Source: an uncultured delta proteobacterium (lineage in GTDB: Bacteria > Desulfobacterota > Syntrophia > Syntrophales > UBA2185). From it: a DNA stretch of 64,000 nt. The notes under the pieces are model-generated. The model was not told the origin of the DNA. It ran no database searches and saw only the letters and a list, made by a program, of their open reading frames with translations. Of this stretch, positions 34,505-44,280 are shown piece by piece. A program made the translations under genes and the position numbers. Positions within the stretch are counted from its first letter, which is position 1. Every line of letters begins with the position of its first letter. Location: NCBI GenBank assembly GCA_963695875.1, contig CAVOID010000014.1, forward strand, positions 1-64,000, read 5' to 3'.

Positions 34505-35016
34505 AATTTTCTAGGAAAGGCGATGGCGGGGAAACAAGCTTATTAGGCGGGCAGAGAGTCCCTAAATACGATGCGAGGCCCGAAACCTACGGAACATTAG
34601 ATGAAGCAAGCTCCGCACTCGGGGTGGCCAGGGCTGCGACAAAGAACCCAAACATTAAAGAAATTATACTCAGTGTGCAAAAAGACCTGCTCACCATGGG
34701 AGCGGAGCTTTCCAGCCAGCCCGAAGACATTCAAAAGCTTGGTCGCAGGATCGGGGCAGGAGATGTTCAGCGCCTGGAAAAGATCATTGATGAGCTTCAG
34801 GAAAACATCACATTGAAGAACGAGTTTATCTACCCGGGAGAAACTATCATTTCAGCACAAATAGATGTGGCTAGAACAATAATAAGAAGGGCGGAAAGAA
34901 AAGCCGCCCGGCTTAAGGCTGACGGACTAGTCAATAATGATGAGATCCACAAATATCTGAACAGATTGGCAGATATGCTCTTTGTGCTTGCCCGGTACGA
35001 AGAACAGAAGGGGTGA
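34501..35016 (+). CDS. ATP:cob(I)alamin adenosyltransferase, PduO type
   Basis: KGDGGETSLLGGQRVPKYDARPETYGTLDEASSALG N-terminus is typical of PduO/MMAB; overlaps the upstream stop (ATGA). Confidence 0.8.
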   Translation: MKFSRKGDGGETSLLGGQRVPKYDARPETYGTLDEASSALGVARAATKNPNIKEIILSVQKDLLTMGAELSSQPEDIQKLGRRIGAGDVQRLEKIIDELQENITLKNEFIYPGETIISAQIDVARTIIRRAERKAARLKADGLVNNDEIHKYLNRLADMLFVLARYEEQKG

Positions 35017-35019
35017 TCT

Positions 35020-35454
35020 TCAAAAAGCCCCCAGTTGACATGGCTTGACCTTGATCTTCAGGGCCTCACAGGCCGATGAAACCTCCATTCTCGAAATGCC
35101 GAATCTTTCAGCGAGATTCCATGCGGCCGCACAGGGCAGACGGTTATTAATCAAGGCACTCTTTATGGCACTTTCCAGGTCACCAGGTACGGTCTTGGCA
35201 GGTTTGACAATCATCTTTTCAGGGCTGTAACCGAAAAGACCCAACTGACATTTGCTGATCTGAATGCCCATCAAATCAAGAGTAACACCTACTTCCCTTA
35301 TTGTGCCCTGTTCTTTGTCGGCAATTTTCTCGGCATCGGCACACGAGATCTTCCCATCGATGACCTTTTTCTCTACCGCCCGGGCAATTTTTTCATTGAC
35401 CTTAACATCAGAAGAATGTTTGGCCTTATAGTTTCCGGCATCTTTGTGAGTCAT
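35020..35454 (-). CDS. hypothetical 144-aa protein with internal ~55-aa duplication, each half ending in a C-Q-L-G-x-F motif
   Basis: Halves ...ISCADAEKIADKE...ISKCQLGLFGY and ...LPCAAAWNLAERFG...VKPCQLGAF. Immediately downstream of paaK. Confidence 0.5.
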   Translation of the reverse strand: MTHKDAGNYKAKHSSDVKVNEKIARAVEKKVIDGKISCADAEKIADKEQGTIREVGVTLDLMGIQISKCQLGLFGYSPEKMIVKPAKTVPGDLESAIKSALINNRLPCAAAWNLAERFGISRMEVSSACEALKIKVKPCQLGAF

Positions 35455-35482
35455 TTTTATATTTATACCCTCCTATCTTCAT

Positions 35483-36781
35483 TTACTCTTTTCTGTTATC
35501 GATAACCCGTACAGCTTTTCCTTCACTGCTGGGAAGGCTGCCCGGTTCAACCAGGTTGACTCTTGGAGTGATCAGGATGTCAGCCTTCAATTCATCAATA
35601 ATCCTTTTTCTCAGATTTTCAAGCGGTCTTAAATCACCCGTGAAGACTTCATTCTGCACTTCAACTTTAACGGTCAAATAATCATCGTAACCTTCCCTTT
35701 CCAGGATAATAACAAAGTTATTGCCGACACCGGGTATCTCCATCAGTTTCTTCTCAATCTGGATGGGAAATATATTTACACCTTTGATGATCATCATGTC
35801 ATCCGTCCTGCCCTTGATCCGATCGATTCTCCGGTGAGTCCTCCCGCATGCACATGGTCCGGGGATAATACACGTTAAATCCTTTGTTCTATATCTGATG
35901 ATGGGCATACCTTCCCTCATGAGGCTGGTTAACACAAGCTCTCCAACTTCACCATCGGATACAGGCTCAAGCGTTTTTGGGTCTATTATTTCCACATAAT
36001 AATGATCCTCCCAGATATGCATCCCGTTCTGATAGGGACATTCAAAGGATACTCCCGGCCCGTTCATTTCTGAAAGGCCGTAAGAATTGTAGGCCTTGAA
36101 ACCAAAAATCTCCTCGATTTTTCTTCTCATCTTCTCAGAATGGGGTTCGGCTCCAATGAAGGCCATTCTCAGGTTTGTATCTCTTCTCGGGCAAAGCTTC
36201 AATTCCTCAAAAACCTTTGAGAGATGAAGGGCATAACTGGGAATTATATGTATAACCGTCGTGTCAAAATCGCGCATCAGTTGTATCTGACGTTTGCTGT
36301 TGCCTGCCCCTGCCGGTATTACGAGAGCACCCACTTTCTCCGCAGCATAGTGAAAACCGAGACCCCCGGTAAAAAGGCCATACGTCATCATGTTCTGGAA
36401 AACATCTGTCTTTCTCATGCCCGCCATATATATACAGCGTGCCAGGACATCCGTCCATGCCTTGATATCATTGGCCGTATGAAATACTACAGTAGCCCGG
36501 CCGGTCGTACCTGAGGATGCATGCATGCGAATCAAACTGTCCTTCGGAACGGCAAGAAGGCCATACGGCCAATGCTCTCTCAAGTCGTCCTTTGTGGTAA
36601 AGGGAATGCCTTTGATTACATCGAGAGAGGCTATCTGTCCTGCCTTCAGTCCAATATCCCGGAACATTTTGTTATAATAGATGGATTTCTTCGCCTTCTT
36701 GAATGTCCGCTTAAATCTTACAAGCTGGAAGGCCTCCAGCCTTTCATGATCCATAGTTTCAATATCCTTATCCCAGAACAT
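35483..36781 (-). CDS. paaK: phenylacetate-CoA ligase (adenylate-forming, PaaK family)
   Basis: Intact 432-aa ORF with AMP-binding motif SSGTTGRATVV; PaaK-like length and C-terminal domain. Confidence 0.85.
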   Translation of the reverse strand: MFWDKDIETMDHERLEAFQLVRFKRTFKKAKKSIYYNKMFRDIGLKAGQIASLDVIKGIPFTTKDDLREHWPYGLLAVPKDSLIRMHASSGTTGRATVVFHTANDIKAWTDVLARCIYMAGMRKTDVFQNMMTYGLFTGGLGFHYAAEKVGALVIPAGAGNSKRQIQLMRDFDTTVIHIIPSYALHLSKVFEELKLCPRRDTNLRMAFIGAEPHSEKMRRKIEEIFGFKAYNSYGLSEMNGPGVSFECPYQNGMHIWEDHYYVEIIDPKTLEPVSDGEVGELVLTSLMREGMPIIRYRTKDLTCIIPGPCACGRTHRRIDRIKGRTDDMMIIKGVNIFPIQIEKKLMEIPGVGNNFVIILEREGYDDYLTVKVEVQNEVFTGDLRPLENLRKRIIDELKADILITPRVNLVEPGSLPSSEGKAVRVIDNRKE

Positions 36782-36875
36782 TCGCTGACCCCTACGTTCG
36801 ATGTATCGCCACTCTTACAACCCGTGTAAAATTTTATCAAGGCAAATTTGACATGATAGTGTTAAGTTTTGGCAA

Positions 36876-36955
36876 CAGGCCTACCCCGGACTCGATCCGG
36901 GGTAGGACGTAGCGCAACGCCGCAAAGCTTGTCCCCGCGAAAGCGGGGAGGCGTT
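36876..36955. other. two strong GC-rich hairpins in the divergent paaK / rubrerythrin intergenic region
   Basis: cctaccccgga-ctcga-tccggggtagg (11-bp perfect stem) and ccccgc-gaaa-gcgggg. Confidence 0.4.
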
Positions 36956-37068
36956 CTTTAACAGTCGAGCCGACAAAAAAATCTTGATTTATAGAGTGCA
37001 GTCAAGTAGAAAATTTACATGATTCTAATGAATATTGTAAAAAACCATAGAGGAGGAAATTGAGGAAT

Positions 37069-37647
37069 ATGGGGAAGTCAATCAAAGGATCGCGGACAGA
37101 AAAAAATCTATTGGCAGCGTTCGCCGGTGAGTCGCAAGCAAGAAACAGATATACTTATTTCGCAAGTGCCGCCAGAAAAGAAGGTTTTGAACAAATTGCA
37201 AATATATTTTTAGAAACAGCGGAAAACGAGAAGGAACATGCCAAGGTATTTTATAAACACCTGGAGGGAGGCGATGTAGAAATTACGGCCACCTACCCTG
37301 CTGGTGTTATAGCGGACGCTAAAAGCAATCTGGAGGCGGCAGCCGCCGGAGAGAACCTGGAATGGACCACTATTTACTCAGACTTTGCCAAGATTGCCGG
37401 AGATGAGGGTTTCCCGGAAGTTGCACGTTCTTTTGAGCAAATTTCGAAGGTGGAAAAATTCCATGAAAGCAGGTACAGGAAACTCATAAAGAACATTGAG
37501 AACAAAGAAGTATTTAAAAAGAAGGCATCGATAAAGTGGCACTGCATGAACTGTGGTTACATTTATGAGGGAACTGAAGCACCGAAAGAATGCCCCGCAT
37601 GTAAACATCCCCGGTCATACTACGAAGTATTGGCGGAAAATTATTAA
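37069..37647 (+). CDS. rbr: rubrerythrin
   Basis: Ferritin-like diiron domain (ExxH motifs) plus C-terminal rubredoxin-like CxxC...CxxC (CMNCGY...CPACKH). RBS AGGAGG; ATG 37069 preferred over the TTG 37060 used by the track. Confidence 0.9.
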   Translation: MGKSIKGSRTEKNLLAAFAGESQARNRYTYFASAARKEGFEQIANIFLETAENEKEHAKVFYKHLEGGDVEITATYPAGVIADAKSNLEAAAAGENLEWTTIYSDFAKIAGDEGFPEVARSFEQISKVEKFHESRYRKLIKNIENKEVFKKKASIKWHCMNCGYIYEGTEAPKECPACKHPRSYYEVLAENY

Positions 37648-37714
37648 ATCGAATTTAGAAAATCGCGATGACAAGTGACTAATTTTCAAAGCTCTCGCAA
37701 GATGTGTAAAGGTC

Positions 37715-38287
37715 ATGACAGGCATTATATTAACAGGCGGGAAAAATACGAGGATGGGAACGAACAAGGCTTTCCTCGATATCAACGGAGAGCGGCTGAT
37801 CGACAGAACCGTCAGGATTTTCAAAGATCTCTTTGGGGAAATTATCCTATCCACTAACTCTCCCTTGGATTATCTTGATCATGATGCCGTAATCGTTACC
37901 GACATCATTAAAGATAAGGGCGCGCTGGGAGGAATATACACGGGTCTTTTCTTTGCCTCCCATGAGCATGCCTTTGTATCAGCCTGCGACATGCCTTTCC
38001 TGAATAAGTCATTCATCGAATACATGATCGAACATCGCGGCGATAATGATATTGTTGTGCCGAGATCCTCCGACGGTCTGCAGCCCCTCCATGCCATTTA
38101 CTCAAGACGTTGCCTTCCTGCCATTAAGAGAATCATCGACCGGGGTGAACTTAAGATCACCGGTTTTTACAAGGGATTAAAGACTCTGGAGATCCCGGAG
38201 GATGTTATTAAATCATATGATCCGGAAGAAAAGATGTTTTTTAATGTCAACACACAAAAAGATCTCGAACAGATTTCGTCACTCTGA
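37715..38287 (+). CDS. mobA: molybdenum cofactor guanylyltransferase
   Basis: GIILTGGKNTRMG...NKAFLDINGERLID N-terminal signature. Confidence 0.85.
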   Translation: MTGIILTGGKNTRMGTNKAFLDINGERLIDRTVRIFKDLFGEIILSTNSPLDYLDHDAVIVTDIIKDKGALGGIYTGLFFASHEHAFVSACDMPFLNKSFIEYMIEHRGDNDIVVPRSSDGLQPLHAIYSRRCLPAIKRIIDRGELKITGFYKGLKTLEIPEDVIKSYDPEEKMFFNVNTQKDLEQISSL

Positions 38288-38335
38288 GAATGCAGCAAAA
38301 TCATCAATATATAAACCTTTGCACAATGTGCTCTC

Positions 38336-38448
38336 TGTCATTGCGGTGAACTGAAACCCTGAGCGCAGCGTGAGGGGAAGTGAAGCAATCTCACAGCATA
38401 TTGATAATACAGCAGATTGCCACGTCGCTGGCGCTCCTCGCAATGACA
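38336..38448. repeat. REP/BIME-like palindromic elements, inverted pair (tgtcattgcgg...gcaatctc and agattgcc...cgcaatgaca)
   Basis: Same termini as elements at 47380-47409, 58443-58505 and 63013-63061. Confidence 0.5.
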
Positions 38449-38497
38449 TAATAATAGTTGTGCAAACGTTTCAAAATATAATATTTCAATTGAAGCT

Positions 38498-38647
38498 CTC
38501 CGCAGCAAACTGCGGAGAATCTTCGATCCACAAGGAATAATAATGTTCCCCATTCGCTCGCTTACCCCGCAGCAAGCGAAGGTGTTTGCGCTCGCTGCCG
38601 GATTCAACAATCTCGAGCAGGCAATTACATTTCGACCGTTCATCAAT
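38498..38647 (+). repeat. copy 2 of the ~120-bp hairpin + SD + mini-ORF module (39-codon ORF MFPIRSLTPQQAKVFALAAGF...)
   Basis: Perfect 57-bp core shared with copy 1. Hairpin ctccgcag-caaa-ctgcggag. Lies 5' of the tetR-acd-etf operon on the same strand. Confidence 0.7.
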
Positions 38648-38750
38648 CTTTTTAGGAAATAAATGTCTTGACGTCACCAAGTGGGTTTGTTATCAATAGC
38701 GTGAGAGACCGACCGGTCTGTCTGGTTATTTTAAAGGAACTTTTTCGAGG

Positions 38751-39326
38751 ATGTCAATTAAAGAGAGTATAATTCACGAGGCTTTGAAGCTCTTTTCGCT
38801 CAAGGGATTTTCCAGCACCTCCATTACCGACATTTTAGAGGCTACCGGAACGTCCAAAGGCGGCTTTTACAATCATTTCAAAAGCAAGGAAGATTTGTTT
38901 TTCGCCGTGCTTGAGCGTGCGCGGCAGATCTGGCGCGAGAAGGTACTAACTGATCTGGACAAGGTGGAGCCGCCGCTTGATAAAATCTGCAAGCTATTGG
39001 AAAACTATCGCGACCTGTATCTCATCGATTCGGAGAACATCCCCGGAGGATGCATCTTTATTAACCTTGCCGTGGAGCTTGCCGACAAGTATCCCCACTT
39101 GGCCGACGGGGTGAATCAAGGCTTTTCGGGATTCAAAACGATGGTAAACAATTTTTTGAATGACGCAAAGAAACAAGGTGTCTTAAAGGGAGATACGTCG
39201 ACCGAGGCTATGACCGAGATGGTGTTTGCCAGCATGCTGGGGGCTTCCGTGATGTACAGCGTGGATAAATCTACCGAAAATTTACAGCGTACCATCGGCG
39301 CCATCATTCAGTATCTGCACACCTAA
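38751..39326 (+). CDS. TetR-family transcriptional regulator
   Basis: N-terminal HTH LFSLKGFSSTSITDILEATGTSKGGFYNHFKSKEDL. Confidence 0.85.
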   Translation: MSIKESIIHEALKLFSLKGFSSTSITDILEATGTSKGGFYNHFKSKEDLFFAVLERARQIWREKVLTDLDKVEPPLDKICKLLENYRDLYLIDSENIPGGCIFINLAVELADKYPHLADGVNQGFSGFKTMVNNFLNDAKKQGVLKGDTSTEAMTEMVFASMLGASVMYSVDKSTENLQRTIGAIIQYLHT

Positions 39327-39394
39327 ATTTTTTGAACTGTTTTTTTGGGAAACCAATAAGACTGACCTATCTTAATCTAAAAAGGAGGTTTACG

Positions 39395-40528
39395 ATGGAT
39401 TTTACATTTACCGAAGAACAGGAAATGTTCAGAAAGGCGGCCAGAGAATTTGCCGAAGTGAAACTAACCCCCTGGGTGGCTGAGATGGAAGCCACCGGCA
39501 AAGTTTGTGACGCGGTTGTGAAGGCCCTGGCAGAAGCCGAGATGATGGCATTAACCGTACCGGAGGAATATGGCGGCCTGGGGCTGGGCTATACGGCGCG
39601 CATGATAGCCCTGGAGGAAATCAGCCGCATTTCCGTAGCCACGGCCATGATGCTGCAGGTATTTGCCCTGGGAATTGAACCGATCTTAAAATTTGGAAAC
39701 GAAGAGCAGAAACGCAAATATCTTCCCGGTATGGCCGCCGGGAAACGCCTGTCTACCACGGCCGTTACGGAGCCCACTGGAGGGTCCGATCCCACCGGAG
39801 CCCGGACAACCTACCGCAAAGATGGAGACCATTACATCATCAATGGTCGTAAATGTTTTATCACCAACGCTCATATCGCCGATACCCTCACGATCCTGGC
39901 CAAGGATAATGCTGATCCCAAAGCGTTTTCCACCTTTATCATCGAAAAAGACATGCAGGGCTTTAAAGCGACCCATGAAGAGAACAAGATCGGCATGCGT
40001 GGATGCAACACCGGCGAGCTTTCTTTTGAGGATCTGCGGGTCTCCAAAGAGCAGCTATTAGGGGCTGAAGGCAAGGGGCTGCGGGTGGCCATGGCGGCCA
40101 TCGGCGATGTCGGCCGGGGCGGCATGGTGGGCTGCGCCATAGGATTGCAGGCCGCCTGTCTCGAGGCTTCGGTGAAATTTGCGAACGGACGCATCTTGTA
40201 CGGAAAGCCGATCAGCCAGTTGCAGACCATTCAAAATAAGCTGGCCGAGATGAAAATTGATCTTGACGCCGGACGTCTTCTGGCTTATCGGGCGGCAGCT
40301 ATTCAGGATAAAGGGCAAAATGCGAGCAACGAGTTCGCCGTGGCCAAATATTTTACCACGGAAGCCGCGCAAAGAGCGGCCAAGATGGCTGTGGATATCC
40401 ACGGCGGATACGGGTGCATGGTGGAATATGCGGTAACCCGGTACTTGAGAGATGCTTTTGTACTGGGGCCATCGGCCGGAACATCGGACATCATGAAGGT
40501 TATCATCGCCCGATGGGTGCTATCGTAA
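39395..40528 (+). CDS. acyl-CoA dehydrogenase
   Basis: RBS AAGGAGG then ATG 39395 (MDFTFTEEQEM...). ACAD motifs; C-terminal catalytic Glu region YEGTSDIMKVIIAR. Intact. Confidence 0.9.
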   Translation: MDFTFTEEQEMFRKAAREFAEVKLTPWVAEMEATGKVCDAVVKALAEAEMMALTVPEEYGGLGLGYTARMIALEEISRISVATAMMLQVFALGIEPILKFGNEEQKRKYLPGMAAGKRLSTTAVTEPTGGSDPTGARTTYRKDGDHYIINGRKCFITNAHIADTLTILAKDNADPKAFSTFIIEKDMQGFKATHEENKIGMRGCNTGELSFEDLRVSKEQLLGAEGKGLRVAMAAIGDVGRGGMVGCAIGLQAACLEASVKFANGRILYGKPISQLQTIQNKLAEMKIDLDAGRLLAYRAAAIQDKGQNASNEFAVAKYFTTEAAQRAAKMAVDIHGGYGCMVEYAVTRYLRDAFVLGPSAGTSDIMKVIIARWVLS

Positions 40529-41328
40529 TGTATCGACATCGTATCGTATGCATTAAAGCCGTACCGGATCCCAAGCAGGCCTGTCAGATCCGGATTGATC
40601 CGGTTTCAAAAACCCTGAATCGCTGCGATGTGCCCCTGGTATTAAATCCTTTGGATAAATATGCCATGGAAGCGGCACTTCAGATCAAGGAAACATCGGG
40701 GGCTTTTTTGACCGTGATCAGTATGGGGCCTCCGGAGGCAGGTAATATCGTCAAGGAATGCCTCTCACTTGGCGCGGATCAGGGCATTTTGCTTTCAGAT
40801 AGAGCTTTTGCCGGTGCGGACACTTATGCCACGGCGCTTACCCTGGCCAAGGGCATTGAAAAGATCGGCCGGTATGATCTGATCTTTTGCGGGATGGCCA
40901 GCAGTGATGGCGGAACGGAATGGGTAGGCCCACAGATTGCCGCCTTCCTCGGGATACCGGTGGTGACCATGGTCGAAGAACTCACCGAAACAGACCAAGA
41001 CACCTGGAAGGTCAAAGCTTGCATCGAAAACGGATACCGTCTGATGCAGGTGAAGCTTCCGGCCATTTTCACGGTGACCCGCAAGCTCAATTCTCCCCGG
41101 GTTCTTTCATTTTCGGGCATCATCAAGGCCAGGAAAAAACAGATTCTGTGCTGGTCCGCAAGAGATCTGGGTGTCGCGGAAAATACGGTGGGACTTTCAG
41201 GTTCTCCCACAATGGTCTCGGCCATGACAACCCGATCCAGTCAGCGACAAGTCGAAATCATCAACGGCACACGTGAGGAAAAAGCTGAAATACTGGTGCA
41301 GAAGTTGGCAGACGCCGGCCTGATCTGA
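40528..41328 (+). CDS. etfB: electron-transfer flavoprotein beta subunit
   Basis: ATG overlaps the acd stop (TAATG). IVCIKAVPDPKQ...; GADQGILLSD; DLIFCGMASSDGGTEWVGPQIAAFLGIP. Confidence 0.85.
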   Translation: MYRHRIVCIKAVPDPKQACQIRIDPVSKTLNRCDVPLVLNPLDKYAMEAALQIKETSGAFLTVISMGPPEAGNIVKECLSLGADQGILLSDRAFAGADTYATALTLAKGIEKIGRYDLIFCGMASSDGGTEWVGPQIAAFLGIPVVTMVEELTETDQDTWKVKACIENGYRLMQVKLPAIFTVTRKLNSPRVLSFSGIIKARKKQILCWSARDLGVAENTVGLSGSPTMVSAMTTRSSQRQVEIINGTREEKAEILVQKLADAGLI

Positions 41329-41413
41329 CGGGTTCCAGGATAGAACGCGGAAAACCCAGGGTCCGGTGCATTTTACCCGGCGGCAGGTGCGTCGCAAAAT
41401 AAAAGGTCTAAGA

Positions 41414-42426
41414 ATGACAGCAGAAGAGACATTTGGCCCCATATGGGTATTTGCAGAGCAGGCAGAAGGACGGATCCAGGACGTTTCCCTGCAGCTCGTC
41501 GGGAAAGCCCGCAAGCTTGCCGATGCGTTGAATACGAGCGTTGAAGCCATTCTGCTGGGCAACGGAATGAAAGACCAGGTTCAATTTTTGTTCGCTGCCG
41601 GTGCAGACAGGGTTTATCTGGGGGATGCGCCGGTTCTGGCATGGTATCAACCCGAGATTTACACTGAGATGATCGTATCCCTTGCCGAAGAGAAAAAGCC
41701 GGAGATCATGCTGATAGGCTCAACGTGCACAGGCCGGGAACTGGCCCCGATGGTGGCGGCCCGTTTGAAAACCGGCCTGACCGCTCACTGTATCGATTTG
41801 AATCATCAATGAAGACCGGAATACTGGAACAGTGGATTCCGGCCTATGGAGGGCTGATATCGATTGTCTGTCCGAATAATCGCCCCCAAATGGCCACAGT
41901 GGCAGGAGGTGTTTTCCCTAGGCCCATTATGGATGAAAACCGCCAGGGCGAAATTGTCCTGCTGGATGTCCCGACCAAGATTTCGGGACTGATTCAAACT
42001 TTGCAGGTCGTCTGCCGGGAACCGGAAACCGTACCTCTGGAATCCGCAGCCATTGTGGTTGCCGGCGGTGTCGGTGCAGGGAATGAAGAGGGGTGGCAAC
42101 AGATTGCCGATTTGGCCCAAACGCTTCATGCGGCCCTTGGATGCACGCGACCGGTGGTTGACGAAGGCTGGGCCGGACATGAGGCCATGATCGGTCAAAG
42201 CGGAAAAATGGTATGCCCTGAACTGTACATCGGTATCGGTCTTTCCGGTGAGTTGCAGCATTTAATCGGTGTCGTGGGCGCCAAGGTGATGGTTGCCGTC
42301 AATAAAGATGCCAGGTCTCCCGTATTTGAACAGGTAGATTACGGTATCGTGGAGGATTGCCGGACATTTGTTCCCCTGTTGATTGAAAAGATCAAAGCGT
42401 ACCGGACAAGCTGTGCGGGAGCGTAA
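41414..42426 (+). CDS. etfA: electron-transfer flavoprotein alpha subunit (one frameshift near 41800)
   Basis: ORF 41366-41812 plus ORF 41725-42426. FAD-binding motif PELYIGIGLSGELQHLIGVVGAKVMVAVNKDARSPVF. Confidence 0.85.
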
Positions 42427-42571
42427 ATCTCAACTTTCACGACCGGGTTTGAAACCCATCCTAAGGCGTTCACCGTAATATCGAAAACCTTTTGTTTGAT
42501 GTTGCACTTCGCCGGGAAACAATGTATTTTTTACAATGATCTTCATAATAACCAGAAGGCGCATCAGATAA

Positions 42572-43852
42572 ATGGATAAGTTCGATGTGATCATCGTGGG
42601 AGCAGGTCTTGCCGGTCTGGGAGCAGCCTACACATTAGCAGGCAGCGGTCTTGAGGTGCTCATCCTGGAGCGAGGAGACTATCCTGGCGCCAAGAACGTG
42701 ACAGGGGGTCGCCTTTATGTGAACCCCGTTCGTGATCTCTTTCCCGGTCTGTTCGAAAAAGCCCCCCTGGAGCGCTTTATAACCCGCGAAGGCCTCACCC
42801 TCATGGCAAAAGAGCGTTCCGCCTCTTTCAGTTATTCCGGGAACGAACTGCGGGAAGAACCCCACCAGAGTTACAGCGTACTGCGCGCGAAGTTTGACCG
42901 GTGGCTTGCCGAACAGGCCGAAGAGAAAGGGGCTATGGTGCTCTCCAAGATCAGGGTTGATGACGTCATCAAAGACAACGGGAAAATCTCCGGCGTTCTG
43001 GCAGGCGGTGACGAACTGCGAGCCGATGTGGTTATCGCCTGTGACGGTGTGCTCTCGCTCTTGTCGGAAAAGGCAGGGCTCCGGTCACCCGGCTCCCCTC
43101 ATAACTTTGCCCTCGGGATCAAGGAGGTGATCGCCCTGGATCCCGGGGTGATCAATGACCGCTTTCACCTGGAAGGCAACGAGGGCGCGGCGCATCTCTT
43201 TGTAGGCGAGGTCACACAGCGGTAAATTCGGGGGCGGATTTCTCTACACGAACAGGGAAAGCCTCAGCCTGGGAATCGTCATCGGCATCGAGGATGCCAT
43301 GGATGAGAAATCGCTATCGAAGTACCGTCCTTCTGGAAGCGTTCAAGAAGCGGCCTGAGATCGCCCCGCTAATCAGGGGAGGAAACACAGTGGAATATTC
43401 CGCCCATGTCATTCCGGAAGGTGGATTCAAGGCGCTGGGTAACCTCTATGGAAATGGCATTCTGGTTGCGGGTGATGCCGCCGGACTGGCACTGAACATC
43501 GGTTTCACCGTGAGAGGCATGGAATATGCCCTGGCATCGGGCTACTTCGCCGCCCAGGCCGTCCTGAAGGCAAAGGAAGCGGGAAATTTCAGCACTGAGA
43601 CCCTCAGCATATACAAGAAGCTCTTCGAGGAAAGTTTTGTCCTCCAGGATTTGAAGAACTTTCAGGAAACACCTGCTGTTGTCAGCAATCCCAGGTTTTT
43701 CACCCACTATCCGGAACTGATCGGAAACCTCATGAAAGACATCTACGCGGTCCCGGCCGGCCCCAAGGAGAGGCTGTACCCGACTATTAAAAAGACATTT
43801 GACCCTGGGCGAGTTGTGGAGCATTTTCAAGGATCTGAAAGAGGTAATGAAG
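42572..43852 (+). CDS. fixC: FAD-dependent ETF:quinone oxidoreductase FixC/EtfQO-like (frameshift near 43230)
   Basis: FDVIIVGAGLAGLGAAYTLA Rossmann N-terminus. Continues in ORF 43294-44142 (GDAAGLALN...). Confidence 0.8.
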
Positions 43853-43854
43853 AT

Positions 43855-44142
43855 ATGAGCGAGAATGTGGAATTGAAGGCCAAGCTGGGGCTTGACGTAT
43901 TCAAACCCGTCGCAGTTCCGCATATCAAAATCAGGCCGGGCATGGAAAAAGACCCCCGTCTGAAACCCGCCGTCCGGCTCTGTCCCGCGGGACTTTACAG
44001 TGAAAATGAAAACGGGGAGGTTGTGCTTGCCACCATCGACGGATGCCTGGAATGCGGCACCTGCCGGCTTGCCTGCGGCACCGAGGTTCTGGAATGGAAC
44101 TACCCTGAAGGAGGAACGGGTGTGCAGTTTCGGTTCGGATAG
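43855..44142 (+). CDS. fixX: ferredoxin-like protein FixX; in the same frame as the fixC 3' end with no intervening stop
   Basis: MSENVELKAKLG...CPAGLY...CLECGTCRLACG, 4Fe-4S ferredoxin-like, ~95 aa. Confidence 0.7.
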   Translation: MSENVELKAKLGLDVFKPVAVPHIKIRPGMEKDPRLKPAVRLCPAGLYSENENGEVVLATIDGCLECGTCRLACGTEVLEWNYPEGGTGVQFRFG

Positions 44143-44169
44143 GCATGAGACTGAAGGTCTGCACTACAT

Positions 44170-44189
44170 TTCCCTTTTTGAAAAGGGAA
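44170..44189 (+). terminator. hairpin after fixX (ttcccttt-ttga-aaagggaa)
   Basis: Perfect 8-bp stem; weak U-tract. Confidence 0.35.
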
Positions 44190-44280
44190 TATATGCGAAT
44201 CTGCTTTGTAATAAGACATTTCAAAGGCTTGTTAGCTTTAAAACAATATGCAGAAATGATAATCTATAAGGAGGTACATC

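Noticed and set aside
43855-44142. fixX as a separate gene versus a FixC-FixX fusion
   Set aside because: Not rejected. It is kept as two features because an internal ATG (43855) with an upstream GAGG could serve as an independent start. A fusion is noted in the findings.
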